A stretch of 64,000 nucleotides of DNA, taken from assembly GCA_964518165.1 (NCBI GenBank), contig CAZFFN010000041.1:1791-65790 (forward strand), written 5' to 3'. Under the pieces are notes generated by a model that ran no database searches, had not been told where the DNA came from, and saw only the letters and a list, made by a program, of their open reading frames with translations. Source of the DNA: an uncultured Thermoplasmatales archaeon (lineage in GTDB: Archaea > Thermoplasmatota > E2 > DHVEG-1). The position numbers and the translations under genes are program-made. This document shows positions 31,057 to 41,088 of the stretch, in pieces (positions within the stretch are counted from its first letter, which is position 1; each line of letters opens with the position of its first letter).

Positions 31057-31254
31057 TCATAATTTTTTTACATTTATCGCTTTAGGGCCTCTCTCCGTTT
31101 CTTCAATTTCAAATTCCACTTCGTCTTCTTCCTGAAGATATGTTACATCTTCTGGGAGTGAGGTTCTGTGGATAAAGATATCATCGTCTTGTCCGTCTAC
31201 TTCTATAAACCCATATCCTTTTCTTAGATCGTACCATTTAACTTTTCCTTTCAT
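31057..31254 (-). CDS. Cold-shock-domain protein (CspA family)
   Basis: MKGKVKWYDLRKGYGFIEVDG...IFIHRTSL carries RNP1/RNP2-like motifs. ATG at 31254 lies 7-8 nt after GGAGG. The longer track ORF (31272) begins at an upstream TTG. Confidence 0.8.
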   Translation of the reverse strand: MKGKVKWYDLRKGYGFIEVDGQDDDIFIHRTSLPEDVTYLQEEDEVEFEIEETERGPKAINVKKL

Positions 31255-31452
31255 AGCCAATTGCCTCCTCAAATCCTTTTGGAGGAGATATATTTTTTAA
31301 AAGGTGATAAAAAACTTCATATCCTAAAGTTATAGAACTGAAATCCCTATCTATTCCTTTCAACTATTTTTGCGCATGACCTAATCATATTTATATCTTT
31401 TTGCGATTTTAGGGGTAAAAATAACATAAAAGGTTTTAAATAATATCTAATA

Positions 31453-32496
31453 TTGAAAAAAATAATGAAAATCAATTATGAATTTGGTTCAGATAATCAT
31501 TCTGGCGTACATGAGAACATAATGAAAGAGATAAAGTCTGTTAATGCTGGTTTTTCTCTTGCTTATGGTGAAGATTATTACACTAAAAAGGCTATTGAGC
31601 AATTTAAAAAAATATTCGGTGAGTATATCGATGTTTATTTTGTAGGAAATGGTACAGCAGCAAATATTCTTGGTTTAAAATCAGTTACTAACTCTTTTAA
31701 TTCAATTATTTGCCCTACAACCGCTCATTTGAATGTTCATGAATGCTGCGGGCCTGAAAAATTTTTAGGTTGTAAAATTGAAACTATTGAAACTAGTGAT
31801 GGTAAATTAACACCGAATTTGATTGAACCACATATAGTTGGTATTGGTGATGTTCATATGGCCCAGCCTAAAGTTGTTTCAATTACTCAAGTATCTGAAC
31901 TTGGAACAGTTTATACACCTAAAGAAATAAAGAATTTATCTAATTTTGTTCATAAAAACGATATGCTTCTTCATATGGATGGAGCAAGATTATGTAACGC
32001 CGCAGCTTATTTAAATTCAGATTTAAATGAAATCACTGGTAAAGCAGGTGTAGATATTTTATCATTTGGTGGAACAAAAAATGGTATGATGTTTGGTGAT
32101 GCAGTAGTTTTCTTTGATAAAAAATTAGCTAAAAATTTTGAATTCTATAGAAAACAAGGCATGCATCTTACATCAAAAATGCGTTATATATCTGCCCAGT
32201 TCAATGCTTTTTTTGATAACGATTTATGGCTTGAAAACGCAAAACACGCAAATAAAATGGCTAAAATTTTGTATGAAGAAATTAAAGATATTAAAAATAT
32301 AGAAATCACACAAATTGTACAAGGAAACGCTGTTTTTGCAAAATTTGATAAAAAATTCAATAAAGAACTTTTAAAAAAATATTTTTTCCATGTTTTTGAT
32401 GAAAAAGAAAATATTGTAAGATTAATGTGTTCTTTTAACACTACAGAAAAAGATATCTTTGATTTTTCAAGTGAAATAAAAAAAGTATTAAGTTAA
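31453..32496 (+). CDS. PLP-dependent threonine aldolase-family enzyme (beta-eliminating lyase fold)
   Basis: 347 aa. FVGNGTAANILGL and SFGGTKNGMMFGDAVVF (putative PLP-Lys) motifs. Size and pattern match low-specificity threonine aldolases. Confidence 0.55.
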   Translation: MKKIMKINYEFGSDNHSGVHENIMKEIKSVNAGFSLAYGEDYYTKKAIEQFKKIFGEYIDVYFVGNGTAANILGLKSVTNSFNSIICPTTAHLNVHECCGPEKFLGCKIETIETSDGKLTPNLIEPHIVGIGDVHMAQPKVVSITQVSELGTVYTPKEIKNLSNFVHKNDMLLHMDGARLCNAAAYLNSDLNEITGKAGVDILSFGGTKNGMMFGDAVVFFDKKLAKNFEFYRKQGMHLTSKMRYISAQFNAFFDNDLWLENAKHANKMAKILYEEIKDIKNIEITQIVQGNAVFAKFDKKFNKELLKKYFFHVFDEKENIVRLMCSFNTTEKDIFDFSSEIKKVLS

Positions 32497-32501
32497 AAAA
32501 T

Positions 32502-34118
32502 TTATTTTTCTTCTTTTTCAACTTCATTTATCATATCTTTTACTCTATCCCGAAGTTCAATCATTCGAAGGTTTTGACCAATTGCTACTTTTTTGTATTT
32601 CTCGGTTTCCTTTTCTTCTCTCATTAGTTTTGTAACATCTCTAGATATACCCATGGTTCCTATTATTTCATTATCTTTGTTGTATCTTGGAATCTTTGTT
32701 ACAGATAGCCATCGGTCTGCTCCATCTTCTGTTTTGTATCTTTCGATTTCATTTATAATTGGATTACCTGTTTTTAGAACTCTATTGTCTGTTTCAATTG
32801 ATTTTTCTGCTCGATCTTTTGTTTGATAATCAAAATCAGTTTTACCTATCATATCTTTAGGATGTGTATCATTGTGATCTGCTTTAGCTTTGTTTACAAG
32901 TATAAATCTATTTTCTTTGTCTTTAAAATAAATTGAATCGGGAATAGTGTCAAGTAAAGATGTTAAAAGATTATGTTCAAACGATAGTTTTTGTTCTGTT
33001 TTCTTTCTTTTTGATATATCCCTGATAATTCCTATTGATCCAGTAACTTTGTTTTTTGCATCTTTTAAAACACTTAAAGATATATCAACATCGATTAATT
33101 CATTATTTTTGTTATATATCCTTGTTTCAAGATGGTGCTGCATTCCTTTTTGTCTAACATTTTGTTTTCTAATTTTTTTCCATTCAGCTTCAGGATATAA
33201 ATCTTTTACAGGTTTTTTTGAAAGATCCTTTTTATCCATACCTAGTAATTTTTCTGTAAACTTATTCCATGAAACAATTTTTTCATTTTCATCAGTAGAC
33301 ATTATTGCTACAGCACTGTTCTCAAAAATTGTTCTGTATTTTTCTTCGCTTTCTTTAAGTTCCTGCTCAGTTTTTTTTAGTTCAGTTATATCCTTTGAAA
33401 TAACTGCAACTGCAATAGTTTCACCTGTAATGCTGTCTTTTACTGGAGAAAGTGTTCTTAAGAACCACTGGCCAAGGTTGCTGCATTTATGTTCATCTTT
33501 TGTTGGTTTTTTATTTTTAAAAACCCATTCTACTTTCTTTTTAAATTCCTGTGTTTCATTTTCTGTATGAAACTCGTTAAATCCATGCCAGAGAACATCT
33601 CTTTCTGATAAATTAAGTCTTTTTAATAGTTCATTATTAACTGATATGTACACAAGATCTCTATCCAATAGATAAATTGAATCTTCAGCATTTTCAAGTA
33701 AAGAGTTTAGTCTTTCTTCAGCTTTTTTTCTATCGCTAATGTCCCTTATTACACCTATCGATCCAGTAATTTCCCCTTTTTCGTTTCTTAGAACACTTAT
33801 ACTGATATCTACATCAAGTGGCTCATCATCTTTTCTATTGATTTTTGTTTCCAAATGATGTTGTATACCTTTCAAACGAATGTTTTTTTTTCGGATTTTT
33901 TCCCATTCTTTCGAAGGATATATTTCTTTGATTGGTCTACCTAATAGTTCATCTTTGGTTTGTTGAATGAGTTCTTCAGAAAATTTGTTACAATCAATTA
34001 TTCTTTCGTTTTGATCAGTAATCATTATTGCAACGGCACTTTTTTCAAAAACTGTGCGATAACGATCTCTGTAACTTAGAAAATCGTCAATTTCATTTCT
34101 AATTGTTTCATATGACAT
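32502..34118 (-). CDS. Multi-PAS domain sensor protein without a recognisable output domain
   Basis: About four PAS/PAC units. Two are near-identical internal repeats (RYRTVFEKSAVAIMITDQNERII... / KYRTIFENSAVAIMSTDENEKIV...). No HisKA, HATPase or GGDEF is present. Confidence 0.7.
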   Translation of the reverse strand: MSYETIRNEIDDFLSYRDRYRTVFEKSAVAIMITDQNERIIDCNKFSEELIQQTKDELLGRPIKEIYPSKEWEKIRKKNIRLKGIQHHLETKINRKDDEPLDVDISISVLRNEKGEITGSIGVIRDISDRKKAEERLNSLLENAEDSIYLLDRDLVYISVNNELLKRLNLSERDVLWHGFNEFHTENETQEFKKKVEWVFKNKKPTKDEHKCSNLGQWFLRTLSPVKDSITGETIAVAVISKDITELKKTEQELKESEEKYRTIFENSAVAIMSTDENEKIVSWNKFTEKLLGMDKKDLSKKPVKDLYPEAEWKKIRKQNVRQKGMQHHLETRIYNKNNELIDVDISLSVLKDAKNKVTGSIGIIRDISKRKKTEQKLSFEHNLLTSLLDTIPDSIYFKDKENRFILVNKAKADHNDTHPKDMIGKTDFDYQTKDRAEKSIETDNRVLKTGNPIINEIERYKTEDGADRWLSVTKIPRYNKDNEIIGTMGISRDVTKLMREEKETEKYKKVAIGQNLRMIELRDRVKDMINEVEKEEK

Positions 34119-34148
34119 TTTTATCTCTTCCTCATATGTTAAATTTTT

Positions 34149-34985
34149 TTATTTTTTTATAAACACTCTTTCCCGGGTATTAAATGGTTCAAACATTTCT
34201 CTTGCTTCACCTATAAGAGTCTCTGTTTTTCCCATAATAAAAAACCCGCCATGGTTTAATGCATTATAAAAATCTTTATAAAGAATGTTTTGTAGCTCCC
34301 GGGTAAAATATATTACTACATTTCTACAAAATATTATATCAAAACCTCTTTTTTTTGGACCTGATATTAAATCATGGTATCTAAAAGAGGTTAGTTCTTT
34401 TATTTCTGGTTTTACTCTATATATGTTTCCATCTATGTCAAAATATTTTTTTGAATTATTTAAAAAACCAATTTGTTTTTCAATATCAACCTGGTGGATA
34501 CCTGGCTTTGAGACATATACACCATTTGATGCAACAGTCAAACAATCTTTATCTATATCTGTTCCAATAATCTGTACTCTGTTTTTTACATCTTTATTTT
34601 TAAGGATTTCAGAAAAAACCATAGCTATACTATATGCTTCTTTACCATCTGATGAGCCCGCGCTCCATACTTTTATTTTCCCATGTTTTTTGTTTTCAAG
34701 TATATTTGGAATTACTTCATTTCTAAATGCATCATATGCCGTTTTATCCCTAAAAAATTCTGTTACATTTATTGTAAGTTCAGTTAGTAGTTTTTCTTGT
34801 TCTGCTTTATCTTTTTTCAAAAGATCCCAGTATTCTGAATATGTATCAAGTTTGAAAGCTCGAAGACGTGAATCAAATCTCCTTCCAAGATATGTATTTT
34901 TATATTGCTCTGTATTAAAATCTAGTAGTCTTTTTATATTTTTTTTCAAATCATAGAAATCTTTTGGATATTCTTTTTCTATCAA
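34149..34985 (-). CDS. cheR: Chemotaxis protein methyltransferase CheR
   Basis: N-terminal all-alpha domain plus a SAM-MTase: KVWSAGSSDGKEAYSIAMVF...FDIIFCRNVVIYF. Confidence 0.85.
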   Translation of the reverse strand: MIEKEYPKDFYDLKKNIKRLLDFNTEQYKNTYLGRRFDSRLRAFKLDTYSEYWDLLKKDKAEQEKLLTELTINVTEFFRDKTAYDAFRNEVIPNILENKKHGKIKVWSAGSSDGKEAYSIAMVFSEILKNKDVKNRVQIIGTDIDKDCLTVASNGVYVSKPGIHQVDIEKQIGFLNNSKKYFDIDGNIYRVKPEIKELTSFRYHDLISGPKKRGFDIIFCRNVVIYFTRELQNILYKDFYNALNHGGFFIMGKTETLIGEAREMFEPFNTRERVFIKK

Positions 34986-35007
34986 ATTTTACACCTGTTC
35001 CTATTTT

Positions 35008-35499
35008 TTATATTACTTTTTTAGAAGGTTCATTCGGCCCTTTTTTTACCATTCTAATAAAAAGTTGTTTTGAAACTGGATCAAAAACAATTGTCCTACC
35101 TCGGTTTCCACCCAGATCTTCAGCTTCTATTCTAATTTTATTTTCATTTAGTATTTCTTTTACTGCATCGATATTTCTTTTCCCAATTTTTAGATTATCA
35201 TCTTTAAAAGAAAACACACTTGCTCCACCAGCTAGTTTTGCTTTCATCCGGCCTTTTAGTGCTCCTTTTTTAACTAATTCCTCTATCATTTTTGGAATAG
35301 CAGTATTTGCATATTTTCCAATCCTGTCTTGTTTTTGCCCCATTTTTGGAAGCATAATATGTGATAGACCATGGATGTGTTTTATTTCATCATAGATTAC
35401 AATTCCAATGCAACTACCAAGACCTACTGTGGTGATCTTTTGATTACCCTCTGCAACAGCGAACTCGCCAATACCAACGGTTATTGTATTTTCATCCAT
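35008..35499 (-). CDS. cheD: Chemoreceptor glutamine deamidase CheD
   Basis: VGLGSCIGIVIYD...GLSHIMLP CheD signature. Confidence 0.8.
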   Translation of the reverse strand: MDENTITVGIGEFAVAEGNQKITTVGLGSCIGIVIYDEIKHIHGLSHIMLPKMGQKQDRIGKYANTAIPKMIEELVKKGALKGRMKAKLAGGASVFSFKDDNLKIGKRNIDAVKEILNENKIRIEAEDLGGNRGRTIVFDPVSKQLFIRMVKKGPNEPSKKVI

Positions 35500-35522
35500 T
35501 TTTCATTCACATTGATTTTTTT

Positions 35523-36197
35523 TTATTTTGATAAAGATTCAGCATATTCATCTTTTTCAGATGCTGTTTCTGCTACCATGCCCCCTAGTTTTTTTAGAAG
35601 TATATCTAAAGAGTTTGGTGATGGAAGTAAAACAAAATAGGAATTAAATAGGTCTCCTTCACCTGTAAATTTTATATCAAATATTAATGCATGAGATGTT
35701 TCTTTTCCAAGTGTAGCGTTTACTTTTTCTAAAACAGTTTTAGGAAGGTCTTCAGTATAAGTTGGTGGAGAAAGCATTACTGTTGAGTCCATAAGGGCAC
35801 CTAATGCGTTTGTATATGCTGATACAACAATGTTACCTACTTCAGTGATAGCTGATCTTGACATTTCATCTAGTTCAGTAGAAGTCCCAGGTTCTTGTCC
35901 TATTAATGAATCAGAAAGAGAAAGAGCACTTTTCATTGTAAAAAGCATAAGTATACTTCCTCTGAATTCATCAGTTAGTTCAATATATACTCCAACTATT
36001 TTTTTCGATTCACTAAATATATTTGAAAAAGCGTTATCAATTTTATCTAGTTTTTCTATTCTAAGATTTGGAACCGAGATATCAACAGTTCTACCTATCA
36101 TATTTGATACAGCTGTTGCTGCATGTGAACAACCAATGTTTCCTGTTTCCTTTACGGCATCTAATTGATCTTCATTTAAATTTTCAATTTGCGACAT
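35523..36197 (-). CDS. cheC: CheC-family phosphatase (paralog 3)
   Basis: Two CheC repeats with TEVGNI..SA.T consensus (D/S-x3-E-x2-N). Confidence 0.7.
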   Translation of the reverse strand: MSQIENLNEDQLDAVKETGNIGCSHAATAVSNMIGRTVDISVPNLRIEKLDKIDNAFSNIFSESKKIVGVYIELTDEFRGSILMLFTMKSALSLSDSLIGQEPGTSTELDEMSRSAITEVGNIVVSAYTNALGALMDSTVMLSPPTYTEDLPKTVLEKVNATLGKETSHALIFDIKFTGEGDLFNSYFVLLPSPNSLDILLKKLGGMVAETASEKDEYAESLSK

Positions 36198-36218
36198 ATT
36201 TTCAACCTCATACTTTTT

Positions 36219-36833
36219 TTAACTCATTCCAAGTTTATCAAGCATTGTTTTTACCGAACTAGGTGTGGGAAGTAAAAATAAATCAAGCCTGAAATTACCT
36301 CCTTTTTCTTCTTTTACATCACAGCTGAAAACAACTGCTTCGTTTGCCACTTCACCTAGTTGAATTAAGACATAATCTAGAACTGCTGCTGGCATGTCAT
36401 ATGCAAGATGTGGAGGTCCAGGTATTAAAGATACACCAAGTAGTTCAGTAAGGCTATCAAAAAACGCACACATTATCACATTTCCGACTTCTTTTATTGC
36501 TGATTGATCCATTTCATCAAGTACATCTTTTTTTTCATTGATGTCTTTTCCAAGTAGCATGTTTGAAAGGGCAACCGAACTTTCCATAGATGAAAGTAGT
36601 AAAATATTCAAAGGTATTCCATCTTCGATTTTTAAAAAAACTGCACTTACCACTTCCTGATCAATTACTGAATCAACTGTTCTTTCAAGTGGAATAACTT
36701 CGACTTTTGGAATGCCCATCTGTATTTCTCGGCCGACCATCTTTGATAGAGCTGTTGCTGCATGTGCAGCGCCAATATTTGCAACTTCTCGTAGAGCATC
36801 CTTTTGATCATCATTTAATATTATTTGCTCCAT
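36219..36833 (-). CDS. cheC: CheC-family phosphatase (paralog 2)
   Basis: REVANIGAAHAATALSKM and IKEVGNVIMCAFFDSL repeats. Confidence 0.7.
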   Translation of the reverse strand: MEQIILNDDQKDALREVANIGAAHAATALSKMVGREIQMGIPKVEVIPLERTVDSVIDQEVVSAVFLKIEDGIPLNILLLSSMESSVALSNMLLGKDINEKKDVLDEMDQSAIKEVGNVIMCAFFDSLTELLGVSLIPGPPHLAYDMPAAVLDYVLIQLGEVANEAVVFSCDVKEEKGGNFRLDLFLLPTPSSVKTMLDKLGMS

Positions 36834-36854
36834 ATTTTCAACCCATATATTTAT

Positions 36855-37469
36855 CTAAGATTTCATGCCCATCTTTTCAAGTAACACATCAATTGATTTT
36901 GGTTCAGGCATAAGATACATATCAATTTTGAAACTATCTTTTTCTTCTTTTAAATCAACATTGAAAAATATTACATCATTTGAAACTTGACCTATTTGTA
37001 TTAAAATATAGTCCAGAACTGCATTTGGTATATCATATGCAAGATGTGGCGGACCTGGAACTATACTCAATTGTAAAAGCTCTGAAAGACTATCAAAAAA
37101 TGCACATATCATAACGTTTCCAACTTCGTTTAAAGCTGATTTATCCATCTCAGTAAGTACTTCTTTTTTTGGATCATGTTTTGTTCCTAGAAGCATATCA
37201 GCTAATGCAAAAGCACTTTTACGAGGTATAAATAAAACAACATATGAAGGGATTTCATCAGATATTTTTAAAAAAATTCCAACAACAACTTTTTCTGATT
37301 CAATATGCTGCGATACATTGTTAAGAGAAATTACTTCAACTTTGGGAATGCCCATTTTTACGTTTTTGTTTATCATTTGAGATAAAGCTGTTGATGCATG
37401 CCCTGCACCAATATTAGCTAGTTCCTGCAGAGCATCTTTTTCAGAATCGTTTAATACGATTTTTTCCAA
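36855..37469 (-). CDS. cheC: CheC-family phosphatase (paralog 1)
   Basis: QELANIGAGHASTALSQM and LNEVGNVMICAFFDSL repeats. About 60% identical to paralog 2. Confidence 0.7.
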   Translation of the reverse strand: MEKIVLNDSEKDALQELANIGAGHASTALSQMINKNVKMGIPKVEVISLNNVSQHIESEKVVVGIFLKISDEIPSYVVLFIPRKSAFALADMLLGTKHDPKKEVLTEMDKSALNEVGNVMICAFFDSLSELLQLSIVPGPPHLAYDIPNAVLDYILIQIGQVSNDVIFFNVDLKEEKDSFKIDMYLMPEPKSIDVLLEKMGMKS

Positions 37470-37495
37470 ATTTTTTCACCTTCTTTTTTTAATTT

Positions 37496-39568
37496 TTATG
37501 ATATTAATGTGTTTAAATCAAGGACAAGGATGACTCTACCATCACCTGTGATTGTTACACCCGCAATTCCTTTTGTTTTTTTCATACTAGCTCCTGCATT
37601 TTTTATTGTTATTTCTTGTTGGCCGATCAATCGATCAACAATTAATCCACATTTTTTGTCTTCTTTTTGTACTATAACTGCAAAGAGTTCATCTTTTTCT
37701 TTTGTCTTCTCTGGTAGATTTAAAAGAGAATTGAGATGTAAAAGAGGTAAAACCTCATTTCTTAAAACCGTTGTTTTATTTCCTTTGATATAATTTATAT
37801 CTTTTTTTGAAAGTTTAACTGTTTCAATGATGTTACTTATCGGTATAGCATATGTTTCATCTCTGATTCCGACGAATAATGATTTAAAAATCGCCATTGT
37901 AAGAGGTAATTTAAGTGAAAAAATACTACCTTTATCCTGTTCAGATGTAAATTCTACTGCCCCATTGAGTTTTTCTATTGTGGATTTTACTACATCCATT
38001 CCAACCCCGCGTCCCGATACATTAGTAATCTTTTCAGTACTACTAAGACCCGGAAGCCATAACAGGTTTAAAGCTTCTTTATCAGATAAGGAATCTACTT
38101 CTTGTTTAGTTTTAAGTCCTTTTTTAACAGCGGTTTCTCTCATAACATCGGGATCTATTCCTTTACCATCGTCCCGAACTTCTATTAAAACATGGTTTCT
38201 CTTTCGATCTGCTATTAAATCCACTCTTCCTTTCTCAGGTTTACCTTTTGCTTTTCTTTCTTCAGGTATTTCTATTCCATGATCAACAGAGTTTCTAAGC
38301 AAATGAACAAGAGGATCTCCAATTTCGTCTAGAATTGTTCTATCAAGTTCTATTCCCTCGCCAACAATATTTAGATTTACTTTTTTGCCACTACTCTTAG
38401 ATATGTCACGTATCATACGTGGGAATCTATTAAAAATATGGCTCATCGGAATCATTCTTATATTCATGATTTTATCCTGTAGTTCTGTTGTAAGCCTGTC
38501 AAAAGTGTTCACTGTTTCTTGTAGTTCATCTATTTTATGATCAATTGCTATTTGGCCGAGTCTACCTTTGCTAATAACTAGTTCACCAATAAGATTCATA
38601 AAATCATCAAGTTGATCCATGTCAACTCTTATACTTTGACTCCTTTTTTTAGATGGTTTCTTATTATCTGTTTTTTTTGTTTGATTTTTGTTTTCTTCTT
38701 TTTTTGAGGTTTTTTTCTTATCCTCGTTTTTTGCTTCTTCTAATTCATCTTTTTCTTCAGATGGTGGTTCTTTTTCTTTTAGTGGGTCTTTTAAACTTAA
38801 TTTGTCTTCTTTAATTGTTATCGGTGTTATTATCTTTGTTTCAATTTCTGAGACAGAATTAACTTCATTTTGAACTGCTTCCCCGTTTCCATCTGTTAAA
38901 AAAACTAGTTGAAAACCACTGTCAAATTCTCCATCTTCAATTTTTTTAATATCAGGTTCTGAATAAGTGATATCTCCAATATCACGAAGTTTTTTAAGAA
39001 GAAGAAAAGATCTGATCGATTTCATTTTACATTCTTTATCTAGAGTAATGTTGAGTTTGAATGCATTTTTTCCTGAGTTTATTTGATCGAGTATTTTTCC
39101 TTCTGTTTTTTCATCAACTGATAATGCAGGCTCATTTTTTTCCTCTTTTTTCTCAGGTTTTTTCTCTTCTTTCTTTTTATCTTTTTTACTGTCTCCTTTT
39201 TTGATATGTTCTTCTAATTTATCTAATAAGGCTCCAATTTCAAAATCTGTTGCATCAGTATCAGCAATATCCTCAACCATTGTTTCAAGACCATCAAAAC
39301 AATCAAAAACTAGATCCACAAGATCAGTTGATACCTCGATTTGGTTGTTTCTAACTAGATCTAGTGTATCTTCAGTTTTATGTGAAAGTTTCTGTATTTT
39401 ATCATAATTCATAGCAGCAGCCATACCTTTCAAAGTGTGTGCTGCTCTAAATATCTGATTTAAAGCATCAGCATTTTTTGGATCTTCTTCAAAATCAACA
39501 AGTGTTTGATTAAGAGTCTGAAGGTGTTCTCTTGCTTCTTCTACAAACATATCTTTATATTCTGACAT
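37496..39568 (-). CDS. cheA: Chemotaxis histidine kinase CheA
   Basis: P1 Hpt (AAHTLKGMAAAM), a long K/E-rich linker, P3, a P4 HATPase (HLLRNSVDHGIE, DDGKGID, GRGVGMD) and a P5 CheW-like domain. Confidence 0.9.
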   Translation of the reverse strand: MSEYKDMFVEEAREHLQTLNQTLVDFEEDPKNADALNQIFRAAHTLKGMAAAMNYDKIQKLSHKTEDTLDLVRNNQIEVSTDLVDLVFDCFDGLETMVEDIADTDATDFEIGALLDKLEEHIKKGDSKKDKKKEEKKPEKKEEKNEPALSVDEKTEGKILDQINSGKNAFKLNITLDKECKMKSIRSFLLLKKLRDIGDITYSEPDIKKIEDGEFDSGFQLVFLTDGNGEAVQNEVNSVSEIETKIITPITIKEDKLSLKDPLKEKEPPSEEKDELEEAKNEDKKKTSKKEENKNQTKKTDNKKPSKKRSQSIRVDMDQLDDFMNLIGELVISKGRLGQIAIDHKIDELQETVNTFDRLTTELQDKIMNIRMIPMSHIFNRFPRMIRDISKSSGKKVNLNIVGEGIELDRTILDEIGDPLVHLLRNSVDHGIEIPEERKAKGKPEKGRVDLIADRKRNHVLIEVRDDGKGIDPDVMRETAVKKGLKTKQEVDSLSDKEALNLLWLPGLSSTEKITNVSGRGVGMDVVKSTIEKLNGAVEFTSEQDKGSIFSLKLPLTMAIFKSLFVGIRDETYAIPISNIIETVKLSKKDINYIKGNKTTVLRNEVLPLLHLNSLLNLPEKTKEKDELFAVIVQKEDKKCGLIVDRLIGQQEITIKNAGASMKKTKGIAGVTITGDGRVILVLDLNTLIS

Positions 39569-39575
39569 TTTTATA

Positions 39576-41054
39576 TCAGCCGGCCTTTCTATTATTATAA
39601 TCTAACATTTTCACAGCATGATAGGGAATAAGATTTAAAGGAAGGATTTTTTCAACAACTCCTAGTTTTATTGCCGCCTGAGGCATACCAAATATTATAC
39701 TTGTTTTTTCATCCTGAGCTATCGTATATCCGCCTTTTGCTCTAATTAGACCCATTGAATTTGCGCCATCTTGACCCATACCTGTCAATATTACTGCTAC
39801 AATTCCCGCTCCATATATATCTGCAGCTGAAGAAAAAGTAACATCAACAGCGGGCCGTACACCATGTATTCTATCGTTTTGATTTAGTTTTACTACTTTT
39901 TTTGTTTCCCCATAAATTTTCTTTTCAACAACTTCCATATGATAATCACCAGGTGCAACAAGGGCATGCCCGGGTTTTATTTCATCTCCTTCTTCAGCTT
40001 CTTTTACATTAATTTCAGAGATCTTATCAAGCCTATCAGCAAGGCTCTTTGTAAAAACAGGAGGCATATGTTGTACTATCAATACACCCGCAGTAATATC
40101 CTCTGGTATATGTGGCACAAGTTTTGTTAAAGTCTGAGGTCCACCTGTACTTGTTCCTATTAAAAGTATTTTATCAGAAGGGGTCTCTTCAATTTTTTTC
40201 GCAATTTTTTGTTTTTTCCGAGCATCCCTGATTTTTTGAACTAGTAACTGTGAAATTGAATGCATTGATGACCCTTGAGAAGGTTTTGCAATAAAATCAA
40301 CTGCACCTAGCTCAAGAGCTGTTTTTACATCTCTCATTTCATTAGATGTTTCACTTGAAAAAACTACTATTGGAACAAAATTTTCTTTTAAAATATTATG
40401 AATGGCTTCTACTCCATTCATCTCAGGCATATCTAGATCCATTAGTATAACATCTGGTTTTAATTCATGATATTTTTCAACTGCTTGTATACCATTATTT
40501 GCAGTTCCAACTAAAGAAATATCAGGGTGTTTCTGAAGAACATCTGATGTAGTTTTTATAAAAAATGGTGAATCATCAACTAGAAGTGTCTTTATTTTTG
40601 CACCTAGAATCTGTTTACCGGTTCTAGGAATCGTTGGCACTTGAGGAGTTTTAATTTTAGCGTTAACTATTTTTTTTACTTTTTCTATAATATCTTTACC
40701 AATTTTATCTACATCAGTTGAAATTGAACCGGATGGTTTACAAATAAAATCTATTGCTCCTGCTTGAAGAGCATCCATTGTTATATCTGCCCCTCTTTGC
40801 GTAAGAGCACTAACAATCAGGACAGGTGTAGGATTTTTTTCCATTATTTTTTTAACTGCCTCTATCCCATTCATGATAGGCATTTCTACATCCATTGTTA
40901 TTATGTCTGGTTTATATCTCTCTGTTTTTTTTACTGCATCTTTTCCGTTATGAGCGGTATCTACTACCTTTATTTCTGGATCAGAGTTAAGTATATCACT
41001 AATCATTTTTCGCATAAGTGCCGAGTCATCCACGACCAAGGCTTGGATGGTCAT
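39576..41054 (-). CDS. cheB: Chemotaxis methylesterase CheB with tandem (duplicated) receiver domains
   Basis: REC1 (residues 1 to about 125; D in MDVEMP), REC2 (about 155-270; D in MDLDMP), then the methylesterase domain (ILLIGTSTGGPQ..., HMPP..., GMGQDG). Confidence 0.8.
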   Translation of the reverse strand: MTIQALVVDDSALMRKMISDILNSDPEIKVVDTAHNGKDAVKKTERYKPDIITMDVEMPIMNGIEAVKKIMEKNPTPVLIVSALTQRGADITMDALQAGAIDFICKPSGSISTDVDKIGKDIIEKVKKIVNAKIKTPQVPTIPRTGKQILGAKIKTLLVDDSPFFIKTTSDVLQKHPDISLVGTANNGIQAVEKYHELKPDVILMDLDMPEMNGVEAIHNILKENFVPIVVFSSETSNEMRDVKTALELGAVDFIAKPSQGSSMHSISQLLVQKIRDARKKQKIAKKIEETPSDKILLIGTSTGGPQTLTKLVPHIPEDITAGVLIVQHMPPVFTKSLADRLDKISEINVKEAEEGDEIKPGHALVAPGDYHMEVVEKKIYGETKKVVKLNQNDRIHGVRPAVDVTFSSAADIYGAGIVAVILTGMGQDGANSMGLIRAKGGYTIAQDEKTSIIFGMPQAAIKLGVVEKILPLNLIPYHAVKMLDYNNRKAG

Positions 41055-41088
41055 CCTATTTTTTCACCAAATATAATATAAAAATCTT

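Noticed and set aside
32947-33570. 207-aa ORF antisense to the multi-PAS gene
   Set aside because: S/F/L-rich shadow ORF. The sense-strand PAS protein has clear domain signatures.
34285-34956. 223-aa ORF on the plus strand
   Set aside because: Entirely antisense to the well-supported cheR gene. Low-complexity S/F/L-rich translation typical of reverse-frame artefacts in AT-rich DNA.
35830-36168. 112-aa ORF antisense to the third cheC paralog; also the antisense ORFs listed inside cheA (37509..37793, 37827..38282, 38688..38873, 39201..39407)
   Set aside because: All lie within strongly supported minus-strand genes and have serine/leucine-rich composition.
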